Part shown: positions 25,786-35,519 of the stretch, piece by piece
Numbering within the stretch: position 1 is the stretch's first letter
Layout: each line of letters begins with the position of its first letter
NCBI GenBank assembly: GCA_020847915.1
Contig: JADLBE010000529.1
Location: 21,417-85,416 of the forward strand
Direction of reading: 5' to 3'
Source: Saprospiraceae bacterium
GTDB lineage: Bacteria > Bacteroidota > Bacteroidia > Chitinophagales > Saprospiraceae
Length of the DNA stretch: 64,000 bases
Notes under the pieces: model-generated
Databases searched by the model: none
What the model was told of the DNA's origin: nothing
What the model saw: only the letters and a program-made list of their open reading frames with translations
Position numbers and translations under genes: made by a program

Positions 25786-28419
25786 TCAAAATTTGCCCAC
25801 CACAGCCACCGTTTTTTTCACTTTTTGCACCTCTCCTTCGGGTGAAAAAATTTCCATAAACAAGACGTAAATACCCGGCCGGACCAAAGCGCCGGCGTCG
25901 TCATCGCCGTCCCAGCGCAATTGCCCGGCTGTGTTTACCAAAGACTGGCGGATAAGCTGCCGCACCGGTATGCCCCAACTGTCAAAAACCGTCAAGGTTG
26001 CAGCGTATCCACTGGAGGGGGTGTTGTATTGTATTTCCAAAAAATCCTCCCTGCCGTCGCCATCGGGTGACAGTCGGTTGACCGGCAAAACCACAAGTTC
26101 GTTGCTGTTTGTAGTTGGACTACTTTTTTGACTGTTGGGTTGCGTAGGTGTGCCCGGGAGCCCGGAAACAAATTGAGCTGCCGAGGTCCAGTTGGATGCA
26201 AGATTGGTCTGCTGCTCCATATCAAGCCGCTCCAACGGCACGCCTTCGCGATCGCTGCCGCCAAGCAGGTTGTTGTGGTATGCCTCGTCGTAATCAAACC
26301 CGTCCACAACCAAGTTGTCAGAACCATCGCTCCACAACAAAGCGATGTTGCCCTTTTCATCGGGTAAAGAAGGCAGGTTTTGTTCAAAAAGACGGTTTGG
26401 ATCCACATTGGCATACCGGTCGAGCACATACGAACGGTCGGAACTCAAAGCCATGTAATCTCCCGGCAAAAACAAACGTTCGTGGTGCAGGGGCGTTGCA
26501 CCGTTGGCATCGCCGGAGTTGTCCAGAAAAAAGCCGTTCCAGGAGAAAATCTTTTCGCTTCGGTTGTACAACTCCACATAATCCGAACCACCCGAAAGAG
26601 GATTAAACAGGATTTCACTAAAAACAACATCACCTGCTTCCGGTTTTTCAGGCAATCCAAACAAAAGGGTATCGGAGACGAGGGAGGCATTTCCAGCGCA
26701 GTCGACCAAACCATTCAGGATGATCAGGCGGTACACGATGCCTGTTTGAAGATCTTCACCCACGGACAGGGTCAACTGGCTTTTATCCTCCGCCGATAAA
26801 GCAACCGACACCACGACCATCGCAGGTTCAAGCTCGTATTGCCCGGTAAGCACAGCTGAAGATTGGTCGAGACCTTCGCTGAAACGCAGGGAAAGTTCGG
26901 TTGTAGAGGTTGTAAAAACCGACAAAGCCTTTGGTGGCACTGTATCGGAAAAACCATCAAACGAAGCGTTGACCATCCCCGGTGTACCGCCTCCGATGGA
27001 CAAGGAACAGGAACGCCAGTTGGCAGCGCCGAGGCAAGGTGAGGTTGGATCGATGCGTTCGAGCGACCAGCCGCCATCCTGTTTGGATGCGTCGTCGTGC
27101 CAACTGCCGGTGTAAGCCACCTGGTCGATGATGGAGCCGTCGGCAAGGTAGATCCTGATCAAATCTCCGTCGTTGTTCAAAGATGGCAAACCCGGCACGG
27201 CAAGTGCCTGAATACCCGCGGCAACCAGTACTGCCGCATTTGTTGGGGAAGCCAAAACCACAAAAGAGCCAGGAGTGAGTACGCCGGCAGGCAAAGTCAG
27301 CGGACCTGAGCCATCGTCCAAAAGTAGGTTTGAAAGTTCAAGGTATTTTGCAGAACGGTTGTAAAGCTCAATCCACTCCACCTCGGGCAATCCGGCAGAA
27401 GGTGATGGATCGGCCATGATTTCGTTGATCAATACGTCGTATTCCACCGCCTTCTCAACGGCGACATGGTCAAAAGACAACGTTTGTAATGCGGCTACGT
27501 TTCCGGAAGGATCGGTCATGCCCTCGCAATGGATGGTGTAACTGCCTGTGTAAAAAGGTTGATTAAACGTCAGTTGAACGGTTTTCCCATCGCCCTGAAG
27601 GACGGCTTGTAAGGGCATATCGCCTTGGGGCAACAAAATGTAACGGGATTCGTCGGTGGCCACCGTTGTATCGGGCAGCTCATTAAAGGTTAGTAAAAGT
27701 TGCTGTTGTCCAGAAACAGCAACCGATTCTAACACAGGCGGCATTACATCGGGCAAATCCGCTTCGATACTCAGGTTATCAAAATGAAATTTGGTGGTAC
27801 GCGTCGCCGTGTAAACGCATCCAATACCGAAGTACCTGTTGGCGCCCGCACCGTAGGTTGCATCCGTTGCAAAAAGTTCGGAGGTGTAGGTTGGTCCACC
27901 GGAAGGTTCAAAATCCACAGACCACTCCCCCAGCCCACTGCGCCGGATGATCAACGAGCATGAAAGCGTGTCGGCAGCTACGAGTCCGGGCGTACCGGTG
28001 GCCAGCAACGTGGCTGTTCCGCCATCCTGCCTGAACAATTTCAAAGCATCGGCGCTGCCGTTTTCACCTATTTCCAAAAAATACCCGTTGGCAACGGACA
28101 AATCGGGGGCATCAGCCAGAAGGTACAACCGAAGGCGGTTGGTTGCCGATGGCGCAAAACCCAGTTGCACCCCGAGCCGCCAAACTGCGCTGTCGGGCAT
28201 TGCCAGGGGCACCACAACCGCCGAATTGCCGGCGGCCGGAGCATTTAATTGCAGTTTTTTTAAGGAATTTACCTGAAAATGGGAAAGGTCTCCGGACCAG
28301 GCGGGGTTGCTCGTAATTTCGCCGTCGGAAAAATCGTCGGAAACCTGTGCCGTCAACATGTTGCCCCAAAAGAAGCAAATGGACAGGCAATAAATTAGAC
28401 TGCGCTTGAGTTTGCACAT
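25786..28419 (-). CDS. Large secreted lamin-tail-domain (LTD) protein with C-terminal SPDGDG..D-type Ig-like sorting or anchoring domain
   Basis: The track ORF starts at a TTG (28449). I prefer the ATG at 28419 (MCKLKRSLIYCLSICFFWGNMLTAQV). It has two LTD-like segments (VLINEIMADPSP..EWIELYNRS and VVFSEILFNPLSGGSDYVELYNRS) and the C-terminal LSPDGDGREDFLEIQY...GIYVLFMEI. Confidence 0.75.
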   Translation of the reverse strand: MCKLKRSLIYCLSICFFWGNMLTAQVSDDFSDGEITSNPAWSGDLSHFQVNSLKKLQLNAPAAGNSAVVVPLAMPDSAVWRLGVQLGFAPSATNRLRLYLLADAPDLSVANGYFLEIGENGSADALKLFRQDGGTATLLATGTPGLVAADTLSCSLIIRRSGLGEWSVDFEPSGGPTYTSELFATDATYGAGANRYFGIGCVYTATRTTKFHFDNLSIEADLPDVMPPVLESVAVSGQQQLLLTFNELPDTTVATDESRYILLPQGDMPLQAVLQGDGKTVQLTFNQPFYTGSYTIHCEGMTDPSGNVAALQTLSFDHVAVEKAVEYDVLINEIMADPSPSAGLPEVEWIELYNRSAKYLELSNLLLDDGSGPLTLPAGVLTPGSFVVLASPTNAAVLVAAGIQALAVPGLPSLNNDGDLIRIYLADGSIIDQVAYTGSWHDDASKQDGGWSLERIDPTSPCLGAANWRSCSLSIGGGTPGMVNASFDGFSDTVPPKALSVFTTSTTELSLRFSEGLDQSSAVLTGQYELEPAMVVVSVALSAEDKSQLTLSVGEDLQTGIVYRLIILNGLVDCAGNASLVSDTLLFGLPEKPEAGDVVFSEILFNPLSGGSDYVELYNRSEKIFSWNGFFLDNSGDANGATPLHHERLFLPGDYMALSSDRSYVLDRYANVDPNRLFEQNLPSLPDEKGNIALLWSDGSDNLVVDGFDYDEAYHNNLLGGSDREGVPLERLDMEQQTNLASNWTSAAQFVSGLPGTPTQPNSQKSSPTTNSNELVVLPVNRLSPDGDGREDFLEIQYNTPSSGYAATLTVFDSWGIPVRQLIRQSLVNTAGQLRWDGDDDAGALVRPGIYVLFMEIFSPEGEVQKVKKTVAVVGKF

Positions 28420-28446
28420 GCCGATATGGTGTTTTTGTTTTCGATT

Positions 28447-28454
28447 CAAATATA
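28447..28454 (-). promoter_or_regulatory. Bacteroidota-type -7 promoter box (TATATTTG on minus strand) for the LTD gene
   Basis: It matches TAnnTTTG about 28 nt upstream of the ATG at 28419, inside the 44-nt divergent gap. Confidence 0.4.
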
Positions 28455-28463
28455 CAAAAAATC

Positions 28464-29495
28464 ATGCGTTATACTTTGTTGATTCCCCTCCTGTTTTTCC
28501 TTTTTTGCAAACGGGAAGTTTTCGACGTACACGTAACGTCCCCCGCGGCGGGGTTGCTGGAAAAACCTTCTCCCGGCAGCCGGGTAGTTGCCAATTTATC
28601 CCTGGATGACGGATTGACGGACCTCGGCGAGGTAAGTGGTTTTGAATCGTCGCTTGGCACCGGACAAACCGAAAAAACCATGCCCTGGATCGAAGTGGAA
28701 AACCGGCAGGGACAAAAGGGCTGGGTTTGGATGGGTTGGGTAAGTCCGTTACAGGGCGACAGCGCCGCCTGGGTCCGGAACAAAAGGTTGCTGTGCTACC
28801 TCGGAAAGGAGGTTTACAAACAATACCAGCAGGTTCAAGAGTTGCACGGACAACTTACACCGGCGCTCCACTACCAACGCTCGATGCAATTGCGCGACAG
28901 CATGGTTTACGCTTTGCACCACAGACCCGATGCGGGCAAAACCACGTCGTCGGCCAATTGGGTTTGGCTTACGGAGGCCATGCCTGGTTTTGTGTTGCAA
29001 CGCATTGACCAGGGCTCCCGACCGTACCTTTTTGCCGATTACAAGTACTGGCGTCGGCGGGCTTTAAACACGGCTGAAACCACCGACGATCTGTTTTTTG
29101 AAACCATGTTCGCCATGTTCCCAGCCGACAGCATCGAGTCGTTTTTTCCGGTTTGGACCATTCAAACCGACGAAAACGCTGGTTGCAGCCAACTGGGTTT
29201 GGGCAACCACATCAGCATGCTTCAACGTATCGATGAAGCTTTGACAGCATGTCCTGAATTTGAACCGGAGCTGATCAAAGTGAAAAACCTTTTGCTGGAA
29301 GATATGCTTGGTAAGGATGTTTGTTATTGGCAAACTGAAAAGAAAATTTTAACTGAGTTAAATTTAATAATAGAAAATAACTACAAATGCCTCACCTCCC
29401 GCGATGTATTGGCGCTTAAAGCCCGGAAACCGATGTTTGAAAACCCTCTGGCCAACGGTATTCGTGTGAATTTGCGTGCAGGAGAAGTAGATTAA
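28464..29495 (+). CDS. Hypothetical secreted or lipoprotein-like protein (343 aa), possible N-terminal SH3b-like domain
   Basis: The N-terminus MRYTLLIPLLFFLFCKRE is signal- or lipobox-like. I recognise no catalytic motif. Confidence 0.6.
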   Translation: MRYTLLIPLLFFLFCKREVFDVHVTSPAAGLLEKPSPGSRVVANLSLDDGLTDLGEVSGFESSLGTGQTEKTMPWIEVENRQGQKGWVWMGWVSPLQGDSAAWVRNKRLLCYLGKEVYKQYQQVQELHGQLTPALHYQRSMQLRDSMVYALHHRPDAGKTTSSANWVWLTEAMPGFVLQRIDQGSRPYLFADYKYWRRRALNTAETTDDLFFETMFAMFPADSIESFFPVWTIQTDENAGCSQLGLGNHISMLQRIDEALTACPEFEPELIKVKNLLLEDMLGKDVCYWQTEKKILTELNLIIENNYKCLTSRDVLALKARKPMFENPLANGIRVNLRAGEVD

Positions 29496-29523
29496 AGTTA
29501 GTTTTGCCGCAAACAACCCAACT

Positions 29524-30510
29524 ATGGACAAAATGATAGCACGCTTCTCCACCCAATTGGAAGAAGCCCTCGGTATTGCCGAAAAAACGACCATCAAAAA
29601 ACATACTTCACCCTACCGCTCCATTTTCATATCCGGACTTGGCGGCAGCGGCATCGGTGGCAATTTTGTGCAGGAACTCACACGTGAACACTGCAAACTG
29701 CCCATCGTGGTCAGCAAAGGTTACCAGGCACCTGCCTGGGTGAACAAACATACCCTCGCCATCTGTTCCTCCTACAGCGGCAACACGGAAGAAACACTCA
29801 GTACTTTCCACCAACTGCTCGGAACCGGCGCACACATCGTGTGTGTATCCTCGGGAGGTAAACTGATCGAACTTGCAAAGCAGCACAACCTCGATTACGT
29901 TCAGTTGCCCGGTGGCTGGAGCAGTCCGCGCGCCTGCCTCGGCTACTCCGTCGTAGCCCAACTTGGCGTTTTGCGTGCGCTTCGCCTCATTCCCGGCAAA
30001 CTGCTTTCGCAAATCAAAGGCGCCCAAAAACTCATCGTTAAAGAGGAAGCCGATCTGAAAAAGAAGGCATTAAAAATTGCCCAGTTCCTGGTGGAAAAAA
30101 CGCCAGTGTTGTACACGGCCGACCACAACGAAGCCGTCGCCATACGCTGGCGCCAGCAAATCAACGAAAACGCCAAAATGCTGTGCTGGCACCACGTCGT
30201 GCCCGAAATGAACCACAACGAACTCGTCGGCTGGCGCAACAACCGTCCGGAAATCGCCGTGATCTGGTTGAGGAACAAAGACGATTACGAGCGTACTTCC
30301 ATCCGCATGAACATCAACAAGGAAATTGTGGAACATTTCACTTCAACGTCCATCGAAGTGTGGTCCAAGGGCAAAAACCAGATCGAAAGGGCGTTTTACC
30401 TTGTTCATTTCGGCGACTGGGTTTCTTACTTCCTCGCCGACGTACGCAACGTGGATTCCATCGAAATCAAGGTCATCGAGTACCTCAAGGGTGAACTGGC
30501 CAAAGTTTAA
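29524..30510 (+). CDS. SIS-domain bifunctional phosphoglucose/phosphomannose isomerase family protein
   Basis: 328-aa ORF with SIS motifs: IFISGLGGSGIGG, AICSSYSGNTEET, and the C-terminal PGI/PMI-type region PEMNHNELVGW. Confidence 0.8.
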   Translation: MDKMIARFSTQLEEALGIAEKTTIKKHTSPYRSIFISGLGGSGIGGNFVQELTREHCKLPIVVSKGYQAPAWVNKHTLAICSSYSGNTEETLSTFHQLLGTGAHIVCVSSGGKLIELAKQHNLDYVQLPGGWSSPRACLGYSVVAQLGVLRALRLIPGKLLSQIKGAQKLIVKEEADLKKKALKIAQFLVEKTPVLYTADHNEAVAIRWRQQINENAKMLCWHHVVPEMNHNELVGWRNNRPEIAVIWLRNKDDYERTSIRMNINKEIVEHFTSTSIEVWSKGKNQIERAFYLVHFGDWVSYFLADVRNVDSIEIKVIEYLKGELAKV

Positions 30511-30591
30511 TCCGTCGATTCCAGACTTCGGTTATCTTAAAAATGATGTTTGTTTACCTTTGGGTCGAACAAACACTTAAGAAGTATTTTC

Positions 30592-31926
30592 ATGGGTATG
30601 AACCAAATCACCTTTGACACAAGAGCTGCAGCACAGTTCATTCAACCATCCGAATGGTCGGCCATCGAACCTCAGGTCAGCGCCGCAGCAAAGCTTCTTG
30701 AACGCCGCAAAGGCCCCGGTAACGAGTTTTTGGGCTGGCTTGACCTGCCGGTAAAATACGACCGCGCCGAATACCGCCGCGTTTTGGCTGCCGCCAAAAG
30801 GATTCAAAAACAAGCGGAAGTTTTGGTAGTTATCGGCATCGGAGGCTCCTATCTTGGTGCAAAAGCCGCGCTTGATTTTTGCGGACATCACTTTTACAAC
30901 AACCTCACGTCCAAGGGCCGCCGGCAGTGGTTGGGAAAAAACCTTCCGGAAATTTATTTTGCCGGCACCAACCTCAGCAGCGCTTACCTCACGCACCTGA
31001 TCGAACTCATCGGCGATCGTTCGTTCGCGATCAACGTCATTTCCAAATCGGGTACCACCACCGAACCCGCCATTGCTTTCAGGCTTTTTAAAAAAATCCT
31101 GGAGTCCAAATACGGCGTCGAAGAAGCCCGCAAACGTATCTACGCCACCACCGACAGTCACAAAGGCGCCTTAAAAACCCTTGCCGATCAGGAAGGTTAC
31201 GAAACGTTTGTAGTACCCGACGATGTTGGCGGACGGTTTTCCGTGCTCACACCCGTGGGTCTGCTGCCCGTCGCGGCAGCAGGCATCGATACCAACGAAT
31301 TGTTGCGCGGTGCAGCCGATGCGAGGGCTCGTTACAAATCTGCCCCTTTCGAAAGCAACGATGTGTTGCAATACGTAGCTGCGCGCAACATTTTGCTGCG
31401 CAAAGGCAAGGAAATTGAACTGATGGTGAATTACGAACCACGCCTGCACTATGTCGCCGAATGGTGGAAACAACTTTTTGGTGAAAGTGAAGGCAAAGAC
31501 GGCAAGGGCATTTTTCCAGCCAGCGTCGATTTCACCTCTGACCTGCACTCCATGGGACAATACATTCAGGACGGGCGACGGCACCTGTTCGAAACCGTAC
31601 TCGAAATCACGGACCCAGGTGCAGAAATTGTGTTGGAAAAAGAAACCAGCGACCTCGACGGACTTAATTACCTCGCCGGACTCACCCTCGACGAAGTAAA
31701 CAAAAAAGCCGCTGAAGGAACAAGGCAAGCCCACCTCGACGGCGGCGTACCCAACCTCACCCTGCACCTTCCGGCAGGCACACCCTACCACCTGGGTGAA
31801 CTGTTTTACTTTTTTGAAAAAGCCTGCGCCATCAGCGGCTACCTGCTGGGTGTGAATCCTTTTGACCAGCCGGGAGTGGAGGCGTATAAGAAGAATATGT
31901 TCAGGCTGTTGGGGAAAAAATCCTGA
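30592..31926 (+). CDS. pgi: Glucose-6-phosphate isomerase (short ~445-aa bacterial type)
   Basis: The track ORF is 30550-31926. I prefer the ATG at 30592 or 30598 (MGMNQITFD). It has [34 protein letters not shown] and [12 protein letters not shown]. Confidence 0.93.
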   Translation: MGMNQITFDTRAAAQFIQPSEWSAIEPQVSAAAKLLERRKGPGNEFLGWLDLPVKYDRAEYRRVLAAAKRIQKQAEVLVVIGIGGSYLGAKAALDFCGHHFYNNLTSKGRRQWLGKNLPEIYFAGTNLSSAYLTHLIELIGDRSFAINVISKSGTTTEPAIAFRLFKKILESKYGVEEARKRIYATTDSHKGALKTLADQEGYETFVVPDDVGGRFSVLTPVGLLPVAAAGIDTNELLRGAADARARYKSAPFESNDVLQYVAARNILLRKGKEIELMVNYEPRLHYVAEWWKQLFGESEGKDGKGIFPASVDFTSDLHSMGQYIQDGRRHLFETVLEITDPGAEIVLEKETSDLDGLNYLAGLTLDEVNKKAAEGTRQAHLDGGVPNLTLHLPAGTPYHLGELFYFFEKACAISGYLLGVNPFDQPGVEAYKKNMFRLLGKKS

Positions 31927-31953
31927 CGTTTTGATTCAGGGTTGACTAAAATG

Positions 31954-31985
31954 AAAAAACCAAGCGGCTAGCCGCTTGGTTTTTT
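31954..31985. terminator. Terminator-like hairpin (A6-ccaagcggc ta gccgcttgg-T6) that is also the exact centre of the 64-kb palindrome
   Basis: A GC-rich stem at 31960-31968/31971-31979 is flanked by an A-run and a T-run, starting 34 nt after the pgi stop. Because it is the symmetry centre, the native 3' half cannot be separated from the mirrored copy. Confidence 0.5.
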
Positions 31986-32012
31986 CATTTTAGTCAACCC
32001 TGAATCAAAACG

Positions 32013-33347
32013 TCAGGATTTTTTCCCCAACAGCCTGAACATATTCTTCTTATACGCCTCCACTCCCGGCTGGTCAAAAGGATTCACACCCAGCAGGTAG
32101 CCGCTGATGGCGCAGGCTTTTTCAAAAAAGTAAAACAGTTCACCCAGGTGGTAGGGTGTGCCTGCCGGAAGGTGCAGGGTGAGGTTGGGTACGCCGCCGT
32201 CGAGGTGGGCTTGCCTTGTTCCTTCAGCGGCTTTTTTGTTTACTTCGTCGAGGGTGAGTCCGGCGAGGTAATTAAGTCCGTCGAGGTCGCTGGTTTCTTT
32301 TTCCAACACAATTTCTGCACCTGGGTCCGTGATTTCGAGTACGGTTTCGAACAGGTGCCGTCGCCCGTCCTGAATGTATTGTCCCATGGAGTGCAGGTCA
32401 GAGGTGAAATCGACGCTGGCTGGAAAAATGCCCTTGCCGTCTTTGCCTTCACTTTCACCAAAAAGTTGTTTCCACCATTCGGCGACATAGTGCAGGCGTG
32501 GTTCGTAATTCACCATCAGTTCAATTTCCTTGCCTTTGCGCAGCAAAATGTTGCGCGCAGCTACGTATTGCAACACATCGTTGCTTTCGAAAGGGGCAGA
32601 TTTGTAACGAGCCCTCGCATCGGCTGCACCGCGCAACAATTCGTTGGTATCGATGCCTGCTGCCGCGACGGGCAGCAGACCCACGGGTGTGAGCACGGAA
32701 AACCGTCCGCCAACATCGTCGGGTACTACAAACGTTTCGTAACCTTCCTGATCGGCAAGGGTTTTTAAGGCGCCTTTGTGACTGTCGGTGGTGGCGTAGA
32801 TACGTTTGCGGGCTTCTTCGACGCCGTATTTGGACTCCAGGATTTTTTTAAAAAGCCTGAAAGCAATGGCGGGTTCGGTGGTGGTACCCGATTTGGAAAT
32901 GACGTTGATCGCGAACGAACGATCGCCGATGAGTTCGATCAGGTGCGTGAGGTAAGCGCTGCTGAGGTTGGTGCCGGCAAAATAAATTTCCGGAAGGTTT
33001 TTTCCCAACCACTGCCGGCGGCCCTTGGACGTGAGGTTGTTGTAAAAGTGATGTCCGCAAAAATCAAGCGCGGCTTTTGCACCAAGATAGGAGCCTCCGA
33101 TGCCGATAACTACCAAAACTTCCGCTTGTTTTTGAATCCTTTTGGCGGCAGCCAAAACGCGGCGGTATTCGGCGCGGTCGTATTTTACCGGCAGGTCAAG
33201 CCAGCCCAAAAACTCGTTACCGGGGCCTTTGCGGCGTTCAAGAAGCTTTGCTGCGGCGCTGACCTGAGGTTCGATGGCCGACCATTCGGATGGTTGAATG
33301 AACTGTGCTGCAGCTCTTGTGTCAAAGGTGATTTGGTTCATACCCAT
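32013..33347 (-). CDS. pgi: Glucose-6-phosphate isomerase (mirror copy)
   Basis: Mirror (x -> 63939-x) of 30592-31926. The ORF-track translation is identical. Confidence 0.93.
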   Translation of the reverse strand: MGMNQITFDTRAAAQFIQPSEWSAIEPQVSAAAKLLERRKGPGNEFLGWLDLPVKYDRAEYRRVLAAAKRIQKQAEVLVVIGIGGSYLGAKAALDFCGHHFYNNLTSKGRRQWLGKNLPEIYFAGTNLSSAYLTHLIELIGDRSFAINVISKSGTTTEPAIAFRLFKKILESKYGVEEARKRIYATTDSHKGALKTLADQEGYETFVVPDDVGGRFSVLTPVGLLPVAAAGIDTNELLRGAADARARYKSAPFESNDVLQYVAARNILLRKGKEIELMVNYEPRLHYVAEWWKQLFGESEGKDGKGIFPASVDFTSDLHSMGQYIQDGRRHLFETVLEITDPGAEIVLEKETSDLDGLNYLAGLTLDEVNKKAAEGTRQAHLDGGVPNLTLHLPAGTPYHLGELFYFFEKACAISGYLLGVNPFDQPGVEAYKKNMFRLLGKKS

Positions 33348-33428
33348 GAAAATACTTCTTAAGTGTTTGTTCGACCCAAAGGTAAACAAACATCATTTTT
33401 AAGATAACCGAAGTCTGGAATCGACGGA

Positions 33429-34415
33429 TTAAACTTTGGCCAGTTCACCCTTGAGGTACTCGATGACCTTGATTTCGATGGAATCCACGTTGCGTACGTC
33501 GGCGAGGAAGTAAGAAACCCAGTCGCCGAAATGAACAAGGTAAAACGCCCTTTCGATCTGGTTTTTGCCCTTGGACCACACTTCGATGGACGTTGAAGTG
33601 AAATGTTCCACAATTTCCTTGTTGATGTTCATGCGGATGGAAGTACGCTCGTAATCGTCTTTGTTCCTCAACCAGATCACGGCGATTTCCGGACGGTTGT
33701 TGCGCCAGCCGACGAGTTCGTTGTGGTTCATTTCGGGCACGACGTGGTGCCAGCACAGCATTTTGGCGTTTTCGTTGATTTGCTGGCGCCAGCGTATGGC
33801 GACGGCTTCGTTGTGGTCGGCCGTGTACAACACTGGCGTTTTTTCCACCAGGAACTGGGCAATTTTTAATGCCTTCTTTTTCAGATCGGCTTCCTCTTTA
33901 ACGATGAGTTTTTGGGCGCCTTTGATTTGCGAAAGCAGTTTGCCGGGAATGAGGCGAAGCGCACGCAAAACGCCAAGTTGGGCTACGACGGAGTAGCCGA
34001 GGCAGGCGCGCGGACTGCTCCAGCCACCGGGCAACTGAACGTAATCGAGGTTGTGCTGCTTTGCAAGTTCGATCAGTTTACCTCCCGAGGATACACACAC
34101 GATGTGTGCGCCGGTTCCGAGCAGTTGGTGGAAAGTACTGAGTGTTTCTTCCGTGTTGCCGCTGTAGGAGGAACAGATGGCGAGGGTATGTTTGTTCACC
34201 CAGGCAGGTGCCTGGTAACCTTTGCTGACCACGATGGGCAGTTTGCAGTGTTCACGTGTGAGTTCCTGCACAAAATTGCCACCGATGCCGCTGCCGCCAA
34301 GTCCGGATATGAAAATGGAGCGGTAGGGTGAAGTATGTTTTTTGATGGTCGTTTTTTCGGCAATACCGAGGGCTTCTTCCAATTGGGTGGAGAAGCGTGC
34401 TATCATTTTGTCCAT
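33429..34415 (-). CDS. SIS-domain PGI/PMI family isomerase (mirror copy)
   Basis: Mirror of 29524-30510 with an identical translation. Confidence 0.8.
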   Translation of the reverse strand: MDKMIARFSTQLEEALGIAEKTTIKKHTSPYRSIFISGLGGSGIGGNFVQELTREHCKLPIVVSKGYQAPAWVNKHTLAICSSYSGNTEETLSTFHQLLGTGAHIVCVSSGGKLIELAKQHNLDYVQLPGGWSSPRACLGYSVVAQLGVLRALRLIPGKLLSQIKGAQKLIVKEEADLKKKALKIAQFLVEKTPVLYTADHNEAVAIRWRQQINENAKMLCWHHVVPEMNHNELVGWRNNRPEIAVIWLRNKDDYERTSIRMNINKEIVEHFTSTSIEVWSKGKNQIERAFYLVHFGDWVSYFLADVRNVDSIEIKVIEYLKGELAKV

Positions 34416-34443
34416 AGTTGGGTTGTTTGCGGCAAAACTAACT

Positions 34444-35475
34444 TTAATCTACTTCTCCTGCACGCAAATTCACACGAATACCGTTGGCCAGAGGGTTTTC
34501 AAACATCGGTTTCCGGGCTTTAAGCGCCAATACATCGCGGGAGGTGAGGCATTTGTAGTTATTTTCTATTATTAAATTTAACTCAGTTAAAATTTTCTTT
34601 TCAGTTTGCCAATAACAAACATCCTTACCAAGCATATCTTCCAGCAAAAGGTTTTTCACTTTGATCAGCTCCGGTTCAAATTCAGGACATGCTGTCAAAG
34701 CTTCATCGATACGTTGAAGCATGCTGATGTGGTTGCCCAAACCCAGTTGGCTGCAACCAGCGTTTTCGTCGGTTTGAATGGTCCAAACCGGAAAAAACGA
34801 CTCGATGCTGTCGGCTGGGAACATGGCGAACATGGTTTCAAAAAACAGATCGTCGGTGGTTTCAGCCGTGTTTAAAGCCCGCCGACGCCAGTACTTGTAA
34901 TCGGCAAAAAGGTACGGTCGGGAGCCCTGGTCAATGCGTTGCAACACAAAACCAGGCATGGCCTCCGTAAGCCAAACCCAATTGGCCGACGACGTGGTTT
35001 TGCCCGCATCGGGTCTGTGGTGCAAAGCGTAAACCATGCTGTCGCGCAATTGCATCGAGCGTTGGTAGTGGAGCGCCGGTGTAAGTTGTCCGTGCAACTC
35101 TTGAACCTGCTGGTATTGTTTGTAAACCTCCTTTCCGAGGTAGCACAGCAACCTTTTGTTCCGGACCCAGGCGGCGCTGTCGCCCTGTAACGGACTTACC
35201 CAACCCATCCAAACCCAGCCCTTTTGTCCCTGCCGGTTTTCCACTTCGATCCAGGGCATGGTTTTTTCGGTTTGTCCGGTGCCAAGCGACGATTCAAAAC
35301 CACTTACCTCGCCGAGGTCCGTCAATCCGTCATCCAGGGATAAATTGGCAACTACCCGGCTGCCGGGAGAAGGTTTTTCCAGCAACCCCGCCGCGGGGGA
35401 CGTTACGTGTACGTCGAAAACTTCCCGTTTGCAAAAAAGGAAAAACAGGAGGGGAATCAACAAAGTATAACGCAT
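34444..35475 (-). CDS. Hypothetical secreted or lipoprotein-like protein (mirror copy)
   Basis: Mirror of 28464-29495 with an identical translation. Confidence 0.6.
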   Translation of the reverse strand: MRYTLLIPLLFFLFCKREVFDVHVTSPAAGLLEKPSPGSRVVANLSLDDGLTDLGEVSGFESSLGTGQTEKTMPWIEVENRQGQKGWVWMGWVSPLQGDSAAWVRNKRLLCYLGKEVYKQYQQVQELHGQLTPALHYQRSMQLRDSMVYALHHRPDAGKTTSSANWVWLTEAMPGFVLQRIDQGSRPYLFADYKYWRRRALNTAETTDDLFFETMFAMFPADSIESFFPVWTIQTDENAGCSQLGLGNHISMLQRIDEALTACPEFEPELIKVKNLLLEDMLGKDVCYWQTEKKILTELNLIIENNYKCLTSRDVLALKARKPMFENPLANGIRVNLRAGEVD

Positions 35476-35484
35476 GATTTTTTG

Positions 35485-35492
35485 TATATTTG
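35485..35492 (+). promoter_or_regulatory. -7 promoter box TATATTTG for LTD gene (mirror copy)
   Basis: Mirror of 28447-28454. Confidence 0.4.
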
Positions 35493-35519
35493 AATCGAAA
35501 ACAAAAACACCATATCGGC

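Larger units (their letters stand above)
1..31969. repeat. Left arm of window-spanning zero-spacer inverted repeat (palindrome)
   Basis: All ORF-track entries pair with identical translations at coordinates summing to 63939 (e.g. 142+63797, 18951+44988, 30550+33389). Bases 1-60 are the reverse complement of 63879-63938. Intergenic spot checks 6721-6880/57061-57220, 18301-18450/45481-45640 and 22801-22840/41101-41140 are exact. Confidence 0.95.

Noticed and set aside
31940-31999. Hairpin telomere or telomere-resolvase target site at the palindrome centre
   Set aside because: I have not excluded this, but it is not supported. No ResT/TelN-like resolvase or plasmid or phage replication genes are in the window. 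The central motif looks like an ordinary A-run/GC-stem/T-run terminator after pgi. It stays as the minority alternative under finding 1.
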